From the NCBI GenBank assembly GCA_964565875.1, contig CAZMGP010000001.1, positions 123,747-187,746 on the forward strand: 64,000 nt of DNA. The letters are read 5' to 3'. The notes under the pieces were generated by a model. It ran no database searches and was not told the DNA's origin. It saw only the letters and a list, made by a program, of their open reading frames with translations. The DNA is from an uncultured Enterobacteriaceae bacterium. Its GTDB lineage: Bacteria > Pseudomonadota > Gammaproteobacteria > Burkholderiales > SG8-39. Of the stretch, positions 52,839 through 62,776 are shown piece by piece (the stretch's first letter is position 1; each line of letters opens with the position of its first letter). Position numbers and translations under genes: made by a program.

Positions 52839-55800
52839 ATGCTCGGACGCATCATCGAATGGTCGGTGCGCAACCTGTTTCTGGTGCTGCTGGGAACGAT
52901 CTTCATCGTCGCAGCGGGCGTCTACGCGCTCGCACGCACGCCGCTTGACGCCATTCCGGACCTCTCCGATGTACAGGTGATCATCTATACGGAATATCCG
53001 GGGCAGGCGCCGCAAGTGGTGGAGGACCAGATCACCTACCCCTTGAGCACGGCCATGCTCGCGGTACCGAAGTCGAAAGTCGTGCGCGGGCTGTCGGTGT
53101 TCGGCGCGTCCTTCATCTACGTCATCTTCGAGGACGGTACCGACATCTACTGGGCGCGTTCGCGCGTGCTGGAATATCTCAACTTCGCCTCCGGCCGCAT
53201 GCCGCGAGGCGTGACGCCCTCGCTCGGCCCCGACGCGACCGGCGTCGGCTGGGTGTACGAGTACGCGGTGGTCGCGGCGCAGCGCACGCTCGCCGAGCTG
53301 CGCACCATCCAGGACTGGTTCGTGCGCTATCAGCTCACCAAGGCGCAGGGCGTGGCGGAAGTGGCGAGCATAGGCGGGTTCGTGCAGACCTATCAGGTGA
53401 CGGTGGATCCGCGCAAGCTGCAGGCCTACGGCATTCCGCTTGCGAAAGTGGTCGACGTCATCCGCGCGAGCAACCGCGACGTCGGCGGCCGTGTAATCGA
53501 GATGGCGGAGACCGAATTCGTCGTTCGCGGCCGCGGCTATCTGCGCGGCACCTCCGACATCGGCAACCTGGTGGTGAAGGCGGAGAAGGGCACGCCGGTG
53601 CTGGTGCGCGACGTCGCGCTCGTCGAGCTCGCGCCCGACGAGCGCCGCGGCTTGACCGAATTGAACGGCGAGGGCGAGGTGGTCGCCGGCGTCGCGGTCG
53701 CGCGCTACCGCCAGAATGCGCTCGACGTCATCCACAATCTCAAGGACAAGATCGCCGAGATCTCCTCCGGCCTGCCGCAGGGCGTGTCGCTCGTGTCGGT
53801 CTACGACCGCTCCGACCTGATCCATCGCGCCATCGACAATCTAAAGCACACCCTGATCGAGGAGAGCGCGATCGTGGCGCTGGTGTGCGTGATCTTCCTC
53901 ATGCATGCGCGAAGCGCGCTCGTCGCGATCGTCATGCTGCCGATCGGCGTGCTGATCGCGCTGATCGCCATGCACCTGATGGGGCTCAACTCCAACATCA
54001 TGAGCCTGGGCGGCATTGCCATCGCCATCGGCGCCATGGTCGACGCCGCCATCGTAATGATCGAGAACGCCCACAAGCACCTGGAGCGCGCCCCGCCGGA
54101 CAAGCCGCGGCTGCAAATCATGGTCGATGCCTGCCGCGAGGTGGGGCCGGCGCTGTTCTTCAGCCTGCTGATCATCACCGTATCCTTCCTGCCGGTGTTC
54201 ACGCTGGAAGCGCAGGAAGGGCGGATGTTCGCACCGCTCGCCTATACCAAGACCTACTCCATGGCGGGGGCGGCGTTTCTGTCGATCACGCTGGTACCGG
54301 TGCTGATGCTGCTCTTCATCCGCGGCAAGATCATTGCGGAGAAGAAGAATCCGATCAATCGCTTCCTCATCTGGATCTACCGGCCGATCATCGCCTGGGT
54401 GATGCGCTGGAAGAAGCTTACCATTCTCGCCGCCGTGGCTGCGCTTGTGGTCTCGGCCTATCCGGCGATGCGGCTCGGCACCGAATTCATGCCGGTGCTG
54501 AACGAGGGTTCGCTCCTGTTCATGCCGGCGACGCTGCCCTCGCTCTCCGTGACCAAGTCGGCTGAGCTGCTGCAGACTCAGGACAAGATCCTGAAGAGCT
54601 TCCCCGAAGTGGAGTCGGTGTTCGGCAAGGCGGGGCGCGCCGCCACCGCCACCGATCCCGCTCCTCTGGAAATGTTCGAGACGGTGATCAATCTTAAGCC
54701 CGAGAGCGAATGGCGCAAGGGCATGACCGTGGACAAGCTGATCGACGAAATGGACAAGGCGGTGCAGATGCCGGGGATATCCAACGCCTGGACCATGCCG
54801 ATCAAGGCGCGCACCGACATGCTCGCCACCGGCATCCGCACGCCGATCGGCATCAAGGTGTTCGGGAAAGATCTGTCCGAAATCGAGAAATTGGCCAAAG
54901 CGATCGAGGCGGTGGTGAAGAGCGTTCCCGGCACGACCAGCGCCTACGCCGAGCGCGTCACCGGCGGCTATTACCTCGACATCGAGCCAGACCGCATGGC
55001 GCTCGCCCGCTACGGACTGCCGGTGGGCGATCTGCAGGAGGTGATCGGCACCGCGCTCGGCGGCGAGATGGTCACGACCACGGTGGAAGGGCTGGAGCGC
55101 TTCCGCGTCATCGTGCGCTATCCGCGCGAGCTGCGCCAGGATCCGCAGTTGGTCGCGAGCCAGGTGCTGGTGCCGGTGATGGGCGGCGCGATGGTCCCGC
55201 TCGGCCAACTCGCGCGAGTGCGACTGCTGCAGGGCCCGCCGTCGATCCGCACCGAGAACGCGCTGTTGACTGCCTATATCTACGTCGACATCCGCGATCG
55301 CGACATCGGCGGCTACGTCGCCGACGCGCAGCAGGCGGTGCGGGAAAAGGTCAAGTTCCCGCCGGGCTATTACGCCACCTGGAGCGGGCAGTTCGAGTAC
55401 ATGGAACGCGCCAAGGCGAAGCTCGCGGTGGTCGTGCCGCTCACTTTGCTGATCATCTTCCTGCTGCTTTACCTCAACTTCAAGCGGGTCACCGAAACGC
55501 TGATCGTCATGCTCTCCGTTCCCTTCTCGCTGGTCGGAGGCGTGTGGCTGATGTGGCTCCTGGGCTACAACCTGAGCGTAGCGGTCGCCGTGGGTTTCAT
55601 CGCGCTCGCCGGCGTCGCCGCCGAAACGGGGGTGGTGATGCTGATCTACCTCGACAACGCTTGGGAAGAAGTGCGCGCCGAACGCGCGGCACAAGGCGCG
55701 AAGCCGACAATTGCCGATCTCTATGGCGCGATCATGGAAGGCGCGGTCGAGCGCGTGCGGCCGAAGATGATGACCGTGGTCGCCATCATGGCGGGCCTGC

Positions 55801-55970
55801 TTCCCATCATGTGGGGCAGCGGCACGGGCTCGGAAGTCATGCGCCGCATCGCGGCGCCGATGGTGGGGGGGATGATTTCCTCCACCATCTTGACCCTGAT
55901 CGTGATCCCGGCCATTTACGGTTTGGTGAAGGAATTCGCGCTGGCGCGTAGTACGACCGGTTCCAGCTGA
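52839..55970 (+). CDS. cusA: heavy-metal RND efflux pump
   Basis: The 1043-aa protein has 12-TM RND architecture. The N-terminus is IIEWSVRNLFLVLLGT and the AIGAMVDAAIVMIEN motif is present. Confidence 0.95.
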   Translation: MLGRIIEWSVRNLFLVLLGTIFIVAAGVYALARTPLDAIPDLSDVQVIIYTEYPGQAPQVVEDQITYPLSTAMLAVPKSKVVRGLSVFGASFIYVIFEDGTDIYWARSRVLEYLNFASGRMPRGVTPSLGPDATGVGWVYEYAVVAAQRTLAELRTIQDWFVRYQLTKAQGVAEVASIGGFVQTYQVTVDPRKLQAYGIPLAKVVDVIRASNRDVGGRVIEMAETEFVVRGRGYLRGTSDIGNLVVKAEKGTPVLVRDVALVELAPDERRGLTELNGEGEVVAGVAVARYRQNALDVIHNLKDKIAEISSGLPQGVSLVSVYDRSDLIHRAIDNLKHTLIEESAIVALVCVIFLMHARSALVAIVMLPIGVLIALIAMHLMGLNSNIMSLGGIAIAIGAMVDAAIVMIENAHKHLERAPPDKPRLQIMVDACREVGPALFFSLLIITVSFLPVFTLEAQEGRMFAPLAYTKTYSMAGAAFLSITLVPVLMLLFIRGKIIAEKKNPINRFLIWIYRPIIAWVMRWKKLTILAAVAALVVSAYPAMRLGTEFMPVLNEGSLLFMPATLPSLSVTKSAELLQTQDKILKSFPEVESVFGKAGRAATATDPAPLEMFETVINLKPESEWRKGMTVDKLIDEMDKAVQMPGISNAWTMPIKARTDMLATGIRTPIGIKVFGKDLSEIEKLAKAIEAVVKSVPGTTSAYAERVTGGYYLDIEPDRMALARYGLPVGDLQEVIGTALGGEMVTTTVEGLERFRVIVRYPRELRQDPQLVASQVLVPVMGGAMVPLGQLARVRLLQGPPSIRTENALLTAYIYVDIRDRDIGGYVADAQQAVREKVKFPPGYYATWSGQFEYMERAKAKLAVVVPLTLLIIFLLLYLNFKRVTETLIVMLSVPFSLVGGVWLMWLLGYNLSVAVAVGFIALAGVAAETGVVMLIYLDNAWEEVRAERAAQGAKPTIADLYGAIMEGAVERVRPKMMTVVAIMAGLLPIMWGSGTGSEVMRRIAAPMVGGMISSTILTLIVIPAIYGLVKEFALARSTTGSS

Positions 55971-55997
55971 GATCAATCGAATTCGGGAACATTGACC

Positions 55998-56450
55998 ATG
56001 AGCAGGGCTGCACTCGACGAACAGGATCCCGCGAAAGATCGTGGCTGGACGCCGTTGTTTCTCGCTTGGCTCGCCGCGACGGCGGCCACGCTGGGGGCGT
56101 TGTTCTTCAGTCAGGTGATGGGCATCGCGCCCTGTGTGCTTTGCTGGTACCAACGCATATTCATGTTCCCCTTGGTGGTCATCCTCGCGCTGGGCCTGTT
56201 TCCCTACGATCCCCGCTGCGTGCGCTACGCACTTCCCCTTGCGGCGATCGGCTGGCTGTTCGCCTTGTTTCACGTTCTGGTGGCGGCCGGACTGATACCG
56301 GAAAAGATGCAACCGTGCATGCAGGGCATTCCGTGCAAGGAGCAGCCGATCGAGTGGTTCGGCTTTCTCAACATTCCGGTTCTATCCCTCATCGCTTTTT
56401 CCCTCGTCGGCTTGCTCTTGGCGGCGGCCTATCTAAAGGAATCCAAATGA
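55998..56450 (+). CDS. DsbB/BdbC-family disulfide bond formation membrane protein
   Basis: The protein has four TMs, CVLCWYQR in TM1, and a second Cys pair in the loop (PCMQGIPC). The track start at 55992 is a TTG. Confidence 0.85.
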   Translation: MSRAALDEQDPAKDRGWTPLFLAWLAATAATLGALFFSQVMGIAPCVLCWYQRIFMFPLVVILALGLFPYDPRCVRYALPLAAIGWLFALFHVLVAAGLIPEKMQPCMQGIPCKEQPIEWFGFLNIPVLSLIAFSLVGLLLAAAYLKESK

Positions 56451-57151
56451 ATAAGCACGCTCAATCAAAGAAGCAGAATCAACCGGTGAACAAGTCCGGT
56501 CAAACGAAGAAGACGGTGTTCGTGGTGTCGGCGGTGTTGCTTCTGCTCGCCTTCGTGCTGGGCGCCTATATTTACGACAAGCAGCGGCAGGAACAGGCGG
56601 CAAAGCTCGCCGAGCACAATCTCAGCTATCTCGTGCGCGCCCACGCTCCGAGCGAGGGCACGCCCGAGGCCAAGGTTCACATCGTGGAGTTTTTCGATCC
56701 CGCCTGCGGCACTTGTCGCGAGTTCTATCCGCTGGTGAAGGAATTGATGGCGGCGAACCGCGGCAAGGTGCGGCTGTCGCTGCGCTACGCACCGTTTCAT
56801 CCCGGCTCGGACAACGTGGTGCGCATCCTCGAAGCGGCGCGCAAGCAGGGTAAGTTCTGGGAAACGCTGGAGACCGTTCTAGAGTCCCAACCCTACTGGG
56901 CGCCGAACCATCGGGCCGAGGTCGAGCGCGTTTGGCCGCAATTGACGAAGCTGGGACTGGATATCGGAAGGCTGCAGCGCGACATGTATGTACCGGAGGT
57001 CGACCGAGTCCTCGCTCAGGATACGGAGGACGCCAAGGCGCTCAACGTCACCATGACTCCGGAATACTTCGTCAACGGCCGTCCTCTGCCGGATTTCGGC
57101 TATCCGCAGCTGAAGAAGTTGGTCGAAAGCGCCGTGTCCAGCGCTTACTGA
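56447..57151 (+). CDS. membrane-anchored DsbA-like thiol:disulfide oxidoreductase
   Basis: The start overlaps the dsbB-like stop (ATGA). There is a TM anchor, and the thioredoxin motif is FFDPACGTCREF. Confidence 0.85.
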   Translation: MNKHAQSKKQNQPVNKSGQTKKTVFVVSAVLLLLAFVLGAYIYDKQRQEQAAKLAEHNLSYLVRAHAPSEGTPEAKVHIVEFFDPACGTCREFYPLVKELMAANRGKVRLSLRYAPFHPGSDNVVRILEAARKQGKFWETLETVLESQPYWAPNHRAEVERVWPQLTKLGLDIGRLQRDMYVPEVDRVLAQDTEDAKALNVTMTPEYFVNGRPLPDFGYPQLKKLVESAVSSAY

Positions 57152-57183
57152 GACACTCGGGCGCAGCGAAGAGGAGAGTTCCC

Positions 57184-57678
57184 ATGGCAATCATTCGGGC
57201 AGCCGTCTGCGCGTCTAGCGTGTTAGCCGTCGCGCTGCTGTCGGCAGGCAATACAGCGATCTATGCTCACGACTCGCAGATGAGCCACAGCGCCCACGCG
57301 CACGCGAACGCCGCGGGTGAGCCGGGCGATCCGAAGAAGGTCGCGCGTACGGTTGAAGTCACCATGAGCGACGACATGAAATTCACGCCGGCGCGAATCG
57401 AGGTGAAACGCGGCCAGACCGTCCGCTTCGTGCTCAAGAATGCGGGAAGGCTGACCCACGAGATGATGATCGGGTCGGGCGCCGAGCTGCGCGAACACGC
57501 GGAAATGATGCGCAGCATGCCGGGGATGAAGCACGACGAGCCCAATGCGGCGAGCGTCGCCCCGGGTCGGACGGGAACTCTCATCTGGCGGTTCACGCGC
57601 GGCGGCGTGGTCGACTTTGCCTGCCTGGAGCCCGGGCACTTCGAGGCCGGCATGAAGGGCGAGGTTTCCGTCAAATGA
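57184..57678 (+). CDS. periplasmic cupredoxin-fold copper-binding protein (CopI-like)
   Basis: A GAGGAG SD is present, and there is a signal peptide. A His-rich stretch follows (HDSQMSHSAHAHAN). The cupredoxin ligand pattern is present (H..., C-LEPGH-FEAGM). Confidence 0.8.
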   Translation: MAIIRAAVCASSVLAVALLSAGNTAIYAHDSQMSHSAHAHANAAGEPGDPKKVARTVEVTMSDDMKFTPARIEVKRGQTVRFVLKNAGRLTHEMMIGSGAELREHAEMMRSMPGMKHDEPNAASVAPGRTGTLIWRFTRGGVVDFACLEPGHFEAGMKGEVSVK

Positions 57679-57730
57679 TCGTTCGCGCCGACCGCCGATA
57701 CCGAGTTCGAATCTGCAGGAGAAAATCAAG

Positions 57731-58177
57731 ATGAACAAGTTTCGCCCATTACTTGCGGCAGCGGTGCTAGGCGTCGCGGCACCTGTCGTGGCGAGTGCGG
57801 AGAGTGCCGTGGTCGAGGTCTACAAGAGCCCGGCTTGCGATTGCTGTTCGGACTGGGCGAAACACCTGCAGAAGAACGGTTTCAAGGTCAACACCCATGA
57901 GACCATGAGCGCGTCGGCCAACCGGGCGAAGTTCGGTGTGCCCGATGCGCTCGGCTCCTGTCATACCGCGGTCGTCGGCGGCTACGCGATCGAAGGCCAT
58001 GTGCCGGCGCGCGAGATCAAGCGCCTGCTCGCGGAGCGGCCCAAGGCGCAGGGAATCGCGGTGCCGTCTATGCCGCTGGGTTCGCCTGGAATGGAAGGGC
58101 CGCGCAGCGACCCATACGAAGTCTTGTTGTTTCAGGCAAACGGCAACTATCGTGTCTACCAGAAATACGGACAATGA
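57731..58177 (+). CDS. copG: DUF411 / CopG-type periplasmic metal-binding protein
   Basis: There is a signal peptide. The motifs are YKSPACDCCSDWAKHL and GSCHTAVVGGYAIEGHVP. Confidence 0.85.
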   Translation: MNKFRPLLAAAVLGVAAPVVASAESAVVEVYKSPACDCCSDWAKHLQKNGFKVNTHETMSASANRAKFGVPDALGSCHTAVVGGYAIEGHVPAREIKRLLAERPKAQGIAVPSMPLGSPGMEGPRSDPYEVLLFQANGNYRVYQKYGQ

Positions 58178-58329
58178 ATCTCCGGACCCGACGCCGCCGG
58201 ATTGCGCTTGCGCCCGTAGCCGCGGCCATAGCGAGTTACTTGCGGCTCCGGCTGCCATCGTGAACAGCGGCGATTACCGAGTTTGCGCATTGCACAAAGA
58301 CTGATTACCCACAAGAGAGGAGCTTGACC

Positions 58330-58596
58330 ATGAAAGTGAAGTACACATTGATTCTGGCTGCGTTCGCCTTTGCGCTCAGCGCTGCTCAAGTCGCAAATGC
58401 CGCTCCGGAGGAAAAGCCCGCGAAAGCCGAAAAAGCCGAGAAGGCGAAACCGGCGACGAAGGCAAAAGGCAGCGACCATATGCAAATGCACGATCATGGC
58501 GCGAGCGGGATGACGGGCGACTCGTGCTGCAGAGATCCGAATAAGGCGGCGAAACAAGCGGATCAGGATCATAACCATAGCGAACCGAAGAAGTAG
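58330..58596 (+). CDS. small secreted His/Met-rich protein
   Basis: A GAGGAG SD is present, and there is a signal peptide (LILAAFAFALSAAQVANA). The sequence contains HMQMHDHGASGM, a CC pair and DQDHNH. Confidence 0.6.
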   Translation: MKVKYTLILAAFAFALSAAQVANAAPEEKPAKAEKAEKAKPATKAKGSDHMQMHDHGASGMTGDSCCRDPNKAAKQADQDHNHSEPKK

Positions 58597-58913
58597 CCGA
58601 TGACACGCCCTTAGTGCGCGGCCCGGCGCTGATGCGCCGGAGCGCCCTTTCCTTCGGCACGAACCTCGTCCGGGAGGTTCTGCAGTCGCCGCTCTACACC
58701 ATCGCGGCGAGAGCAAGCCTGCGCGAGCTTGCCTGCGCGGCCAGCATGCCGCTCGTTTTCGGAATAGGATTGACTCCCTTGCTGCAATGGCTGCTGACGC
58801 CGATTGCAGCGCTGCTGCTGTTTCGCGGCATTCGCATCCCAATCCGGCGCAGGGCTGACGGCGACGACTCGCGGGTACGATAGGGACGAACCATCCTCTT
58901 TCGGGGGAACGAA

Positions 58914-61301
58914 ATGGCAGAACCCAATTCAACTCATCCTCACCACACTCCCGCTGCAGGCGCGCAACACGCGCACGGCCACGCGCCGCACGCCCATGCC
59001 GCACCGATAAGCCTGGGCCCGACCGATCCTGTATGCGGCATGACTGTGGAAGTCGCCACGGCCAAGCATAGCCATCGGCACGGTGGCAAGACCTGGTACT
59101 TCTGCAGCGCGCACTGCCGCGACAAATTTGTCGCAGATCCCCAGCGCTACGCTTCGCCGGCGCCTGCGCGGGCATCGGCGCCCGCGGGCGCCATCTATAC
59201 CTGCCCGATGCACCCGGAAATTCGCCAGCCCGCGCCGGGCAATTGCCCGAAATGCGGTATGGCGCTGGAACCTGTGGTCGCCGCCGGAACCGATGAGCCG
59301 AACCCGGAGCTGATCGACATGACGCGTCGCTTCTGGATCGGCCTCGTATTGACCGTTCCCGTATTCGTGTTGACTATGCTCGAGCACGCCCCGGGATTAC
59401 ATATCGAACTGCTCGACCCCGTGGCCTCGGGCTGGGTCCAGCTCGCACTATCCACCCCGGTCGTGCTGTGGGCGGGGTGGCCATTCTTCGTTCGCGGCTG
59501 GAAGTCGCTCATCGCCCGCAGCCTCAACATGTATACCTTGATCGGCCTCGGCGTGGGCGTGGCCTTCGTCTACAGTGCCGTGGCGCTGCTTGCGCCCGGC
59601 ATCTTCCCGCCCGCCTTCCGCGGAGCGTCCGGCCAGGTGGACGTGTACTTCGAAGCGGCCGCGGTGATTGTGGTGCTGGTGCTGCTGGGCGAAGTGCTGC
59701 AATTGCGCGCCCGCGAGAACACCAGCGGCGCGATCCGCGCGCTGCTGAATCTCGCCCCGGCGACTGCGCTGCGCGTGCGCGCCGAAGGCGCCGACGAAGA
59801 AGTGGCGCTCGAGGCCGTGCAAAAGGGAGACCGGCTGCGCGTGCGGCCGGGAGACAAGGTACCGGTCGACGGGTTGGTGCTCGAAGGCGGCTCGAGCGTG
59901 GACGAATCCCTGGTGACGGGCGAGCCGGTTCCGGTGGAAAAGCACGCGGGAGATACGGTCACCGGCGGCACCATCAACGGCGCCGGCTCCTTCGTCATGC
60001 GCGCCGAGCGCGTCGGCGCGGAAACCCTGCTCGCGCAGATCGTGCACATGGTGGCCGAAGCGCAGCGCACGCGCGCCCCCATCCAGAACCTCGCCGACCG
60101 CGTCTCCGGCTGGTTCGTTCCGGCCGTCGTCGCCGTCGCGGTCGCCGCGTTTCTCGTCTGGTCCAACTACGGACCGCCGCCTGCGATGGCCTTCGCGCTC
60201 ATCGCCGCGGTATCGGTGCTGATCATCGCCTGCCCCTGCGCGCTGGGATTGGCGACGCCGATGTCGATCATGGTCGGCACCGGACGCGGCGCGCAGGCGG
60301 GGGTGCTGATTCGAAACGCGGAGGCGCTCGAGCGCATGGAGCGGATCGACACCCTGGTGGTGGACAAGACCGGGACGCTCACCGAAGGCAAACCCAAGCT
60401 CGTTTCGATCGTGCCGGCCGAGTCCATATCCGAGGAGTATCTGCTGCAGCTCGCCGCGAGCCTCGAGCGCGGCAGCGAGCACCCGCTTGCGGCCGCGATT
60501 CTCGCCGGCGCCCAAGCGCGCGGCGTTGCGCCGCGGGCAGTGGAGGATTTCGCCGCCGTCGTCGGCAAAGGCGTGAAGGCGAGACTAGACGGCGTGGAGA
60601 CCGCGCTCGGCAATCTGCGCTATGCCGAGGAGCTGGCCGGGATTCCTCCGGCGATGAAACAAGGCGCGGATGCGCTGAGGCGCAAGGGCGAAACGGTGGT
60701 GTTTCTCATCGAAGGCGGGCGGGCGGTGGGCATGCTCGGCGTCGCCGATCCGATCAAGGAGTCGACGCCTCAGGCGCTGAGCGCGCTCGCCGACGAGGGC
60801 ATACGCGTCGTCATGCTCACCGGCGACAACGAGGTCACGGCAAAGGCGGTCGCGCAGCGCCTGGGCATCGCCGAAGTGCGCGCAGACGTGCTGCCGCAGG
60901 AGAAGGGCGCGGTAGTCAAAGCGCTGCGCCAGGAAGGCCGCCGCGTGGCCATGGCGGGAGACGGCGTCAACGACGCGCCGGCGCTCGTTGAGGCGGAGGT
61001 CGGGATTGCCATGGGCACCGGCGCGGACGTGGCGATCCAGAGTTCCGGCATCACGCTCGTGCGCGGCGATTTGCGCGGCATCGTGCGCGCGCGCCACCTG
61101 TCCCGCGCCACTATGCGCAACATCCGCCAGAACCTGTTCCTCGCCTTCGTCTACAACGCCCTCGGCGTGCCCATCGCCGCCGGCCTGCTCTATCCGTGGC
61201 TCGGCCTGCTCCTCAATCCGATGATCGCGGCCGCCGCGATGAGCGCAAGCTCGGTATCCGTCGTCGTGAATGCCCTGCGGCTGCGCGCTGCGACCATATG
61301 A
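58914..61301 (+). CDS. copA: copper-translocating P1B-type ATPase
   Basis: The CPC motif lies in the TM region. DKTGTLT, TGDN and GDGVNDAP are present. The N-terminus has a YHS/TRASH-like motif (DPVCGM...YFCSAHC) and YTCPMHPE...CPKCGM. Confidence 0.95.
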   Translation: MAEPNSTHPHHTPAAGAQHAHGHAPHAHAAPISLGPTDPVCGMTVEVATAKHSHRHGGKTWYFCSAHCRDKFVADPQRYASPAPARASAPAGAIYTCPMHPEIRQPAPGNCPKCGMALEPVVAAGTDEPNPELIDMTRRFWIGLVLTVPVFVLTMLEHAPGLHIELLDPVASGWVQLALSTPVVLWAGWPFFVRGWKSLIARSLNMYTLIGLGVGVAFVYSAVALLAPGIFPPAFRGASGQVDVYFEAAAVIVVLVLLGEVLQLRARENTSGAIRALLNLAPATALRVRAEGADEEVALEAVQKGDRLRVRPGDKVPVDGLVLEGGSSVDESLVTGEPVPVEKHAGDTVTGGTINGAGSFVMRAERVGAETLLAQIVHMVAEAQRTRAPIQNLADRVSGWFVPAVVAVAVAAFLVWSNYGPPPAMAFALIAAVSVLIIACPCALGLATPMSIMVGTGRGAQAGVLIRNAEALERMERIDTLVVDKTGTLTEGKPKLVSIVPAESISEEYLLQLAASLERGSEHPLAAAILAGAQARGVAPRAVEDFAAVVGKGVKARLDGVETALGNLRYAEELAGIPPAMKQGADALRRKGETVVFLIEGGRAVGMLGVADPIKESTPQALSALADEGIRVVMLTGDNEVTAKAVAQRLGIAEVRADVLPQEKGAVVKALRQEGRRVAMAGDGVNDAPALVEAEVGIAMGTGADVAIQSSGITLVRGDLRGIVRARHLSRATMRNIRQNLFLAFVYNALGVPIAAGLLYPWLGLLLNPMIAAAAMSASSVSVVVNALRLRAATI

Positions 61302-61497
61302 GGTCGGCGGACGCTTGGCATGGCGCGTAGACCGGGTGGGGCCAAGACCAGATGTGGCCTATCGTGGTTCCCGACAATCAAGAACATTGTATGAGTGACC
61401 CATCCGAACAAACGCCGCGCTGACGGCGGTCATCGACCGCTACAAGACGGATCCCGAGTCCGTCTATAACACCTGGTTCGTCGGCGGCGAAGAGCGG

Positions 61498-62682
61498 ATG
61501 AAAGCGTTCCGGGCGATCCGGCGCGGCGTGAAGGATACGGTCGACGCCATCAGTTCGGGCACCTTCGGCAACGACTTTCGCGGCTCGGCTCTCGAGGTGG
61601 TGTTGGCCGCCATCACCGAGCAGAAGCAGGTGTTTGAAGGCGCTGCGCATCCGTTCTACTGGAAACCGAAGCTGCGCATCCCGGATATATACGAAAACGA
61701 GGCGAACAAGCGAAAATTCGGCACCTTCCTCAACGCGTGCCTGAATGCAGCGCGCGAAGATCAATTGCTGACCGAATTGAGCCGGCTGGCCGAGGCTCGC
61801 ATCAAGGGCTTGGGCCCCGCAGTGGCCAGTATCGTGTACTTCCTCCACCCCACCGTGATCCCGCCTTTCAACACAGCCATCGTGAACGGCTATAACGCTC
61901 TGTTTGGCGCGAAGCAGAAACTCGGCTCCTGGGACAGTTACCTCGCCATGCGCGAGACCATCGTCAGCGCGAACGAGGCGCACCGCAAGCTCCTTTCCAA
62001 GGATCTCGGAGCATTTGCGGGACTGCTGTTTGAAATCGGTTCCAATCGGCTCGTCATTTCGGCCAACGCCGATGCGACGCTCAAGGCGGCTGCGGGGCGT
62101 TCAGCCAAGGCCGCCGCCAGGCGCCACCAGGAAATCGTGGCGGATCAACAGGAAGCCTCCGAGCACACGCAGGCCCAGCACATGCTGATCAGGATCGGTC
62201 GCGCGCTCGGCTACGACGTCTTCGTTGCCCGCAACGACCGGCATCGCATATGCCACGGAGAGGATTTCTCTCTGCTAACCGTCGCCGCGCTGCCGGACCT
62301 TGGGTTGGCGCAGGAGGTTCGCGACACCGTGGAGCTGATCGACGTCATCTGGTTCGCCCGCGGCCAACCGCAGATCGTGTGCGCTTTCGAAATCGAGCAC
62401 AGCACGTCGATCTACTCGGGCATTCTGCGCATGAAAGACTTGGCGCTGTCGCTCGCTACGCAGGAGGCGCGGTTCTATCTGGTCGCGCCGGAGAAGCGCG
62501 AACGCGAGGTGCTGGCGCAAATGGCGCGTCCAGCCCTCAACGACGATCGCGAGAAGTTTCTGTTGGCTTACCTGCCCTCAGGCGAACTCAGGCTTCACTG
62601 CGACGCCATCTGCAAGTTTGGCGAAGACCACAGCGTTTTGCTGAAGATCGCTCGCTCGCACGCTCTGCCCGGCAGCAATTAG
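61498..62682 (+). CDS. PD-(D/E)XK nuclease-like protein of unknown function (5' end unclear)
   Basis: The C-terminal region has a D..(IDVIW)...EIEH arrangement, preceded by a helix (HTQAQHMLIRIGRALGY), typical of restriction-endonuclease-like folds. The frame stays open and protein-like upstream to 61399. Confidence 0.55.
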   Translation: MKAFRAIRRGVKDTVDAISSGTFGNDFRGSALEVVLAAITEQKQVFEGAAHPFYWKPKLRIPDIYENEANKRKFGTFLNACLNAAREDQLLTELSRLAEARIKGLGPAVASIVYFLHPTVIPPFNTAIVNGYNALFGAKQKLGSWDSYLAMRETIVSANEAHRKLLSKDLGAFAGLLFEIGSNRLVISANADATLKAAAGRSAKAAARRHQEIVADQQEASEHTQAQHMLIRIGRALGYDVFVARNDRHRICHGEDFSLLTVAALPDLGLAQEVRDTVELIDVIWFARGQPQIVCAFEIEHSTSIYSGILRMKDLALSLATQEARFYLVAPEKREREVLAQMARPALNDDREKFLLAYLPSGELRLHCDAICKFGEDHSVLLKIARSHALPGSN

Positions 62683-62776
62683 CCGCGGCGCCATTGGCCG
62701 ATTGCTTGCAGCATGAAATCGAGTGCCCGAGGCGCGCCGCGGAAAGCCGATAGCCGAAGCGGATTGCGCGGCGCGA

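Noticed and set aside
58770-58790. TTGACTCCCTTGCTGCAATGG upstream of copA, considered as a CueR/MerR operator.
   Set aside because: It resembles PcopA only superficially, has no dyad symmetry, and there is no MerR-family gene in the window.
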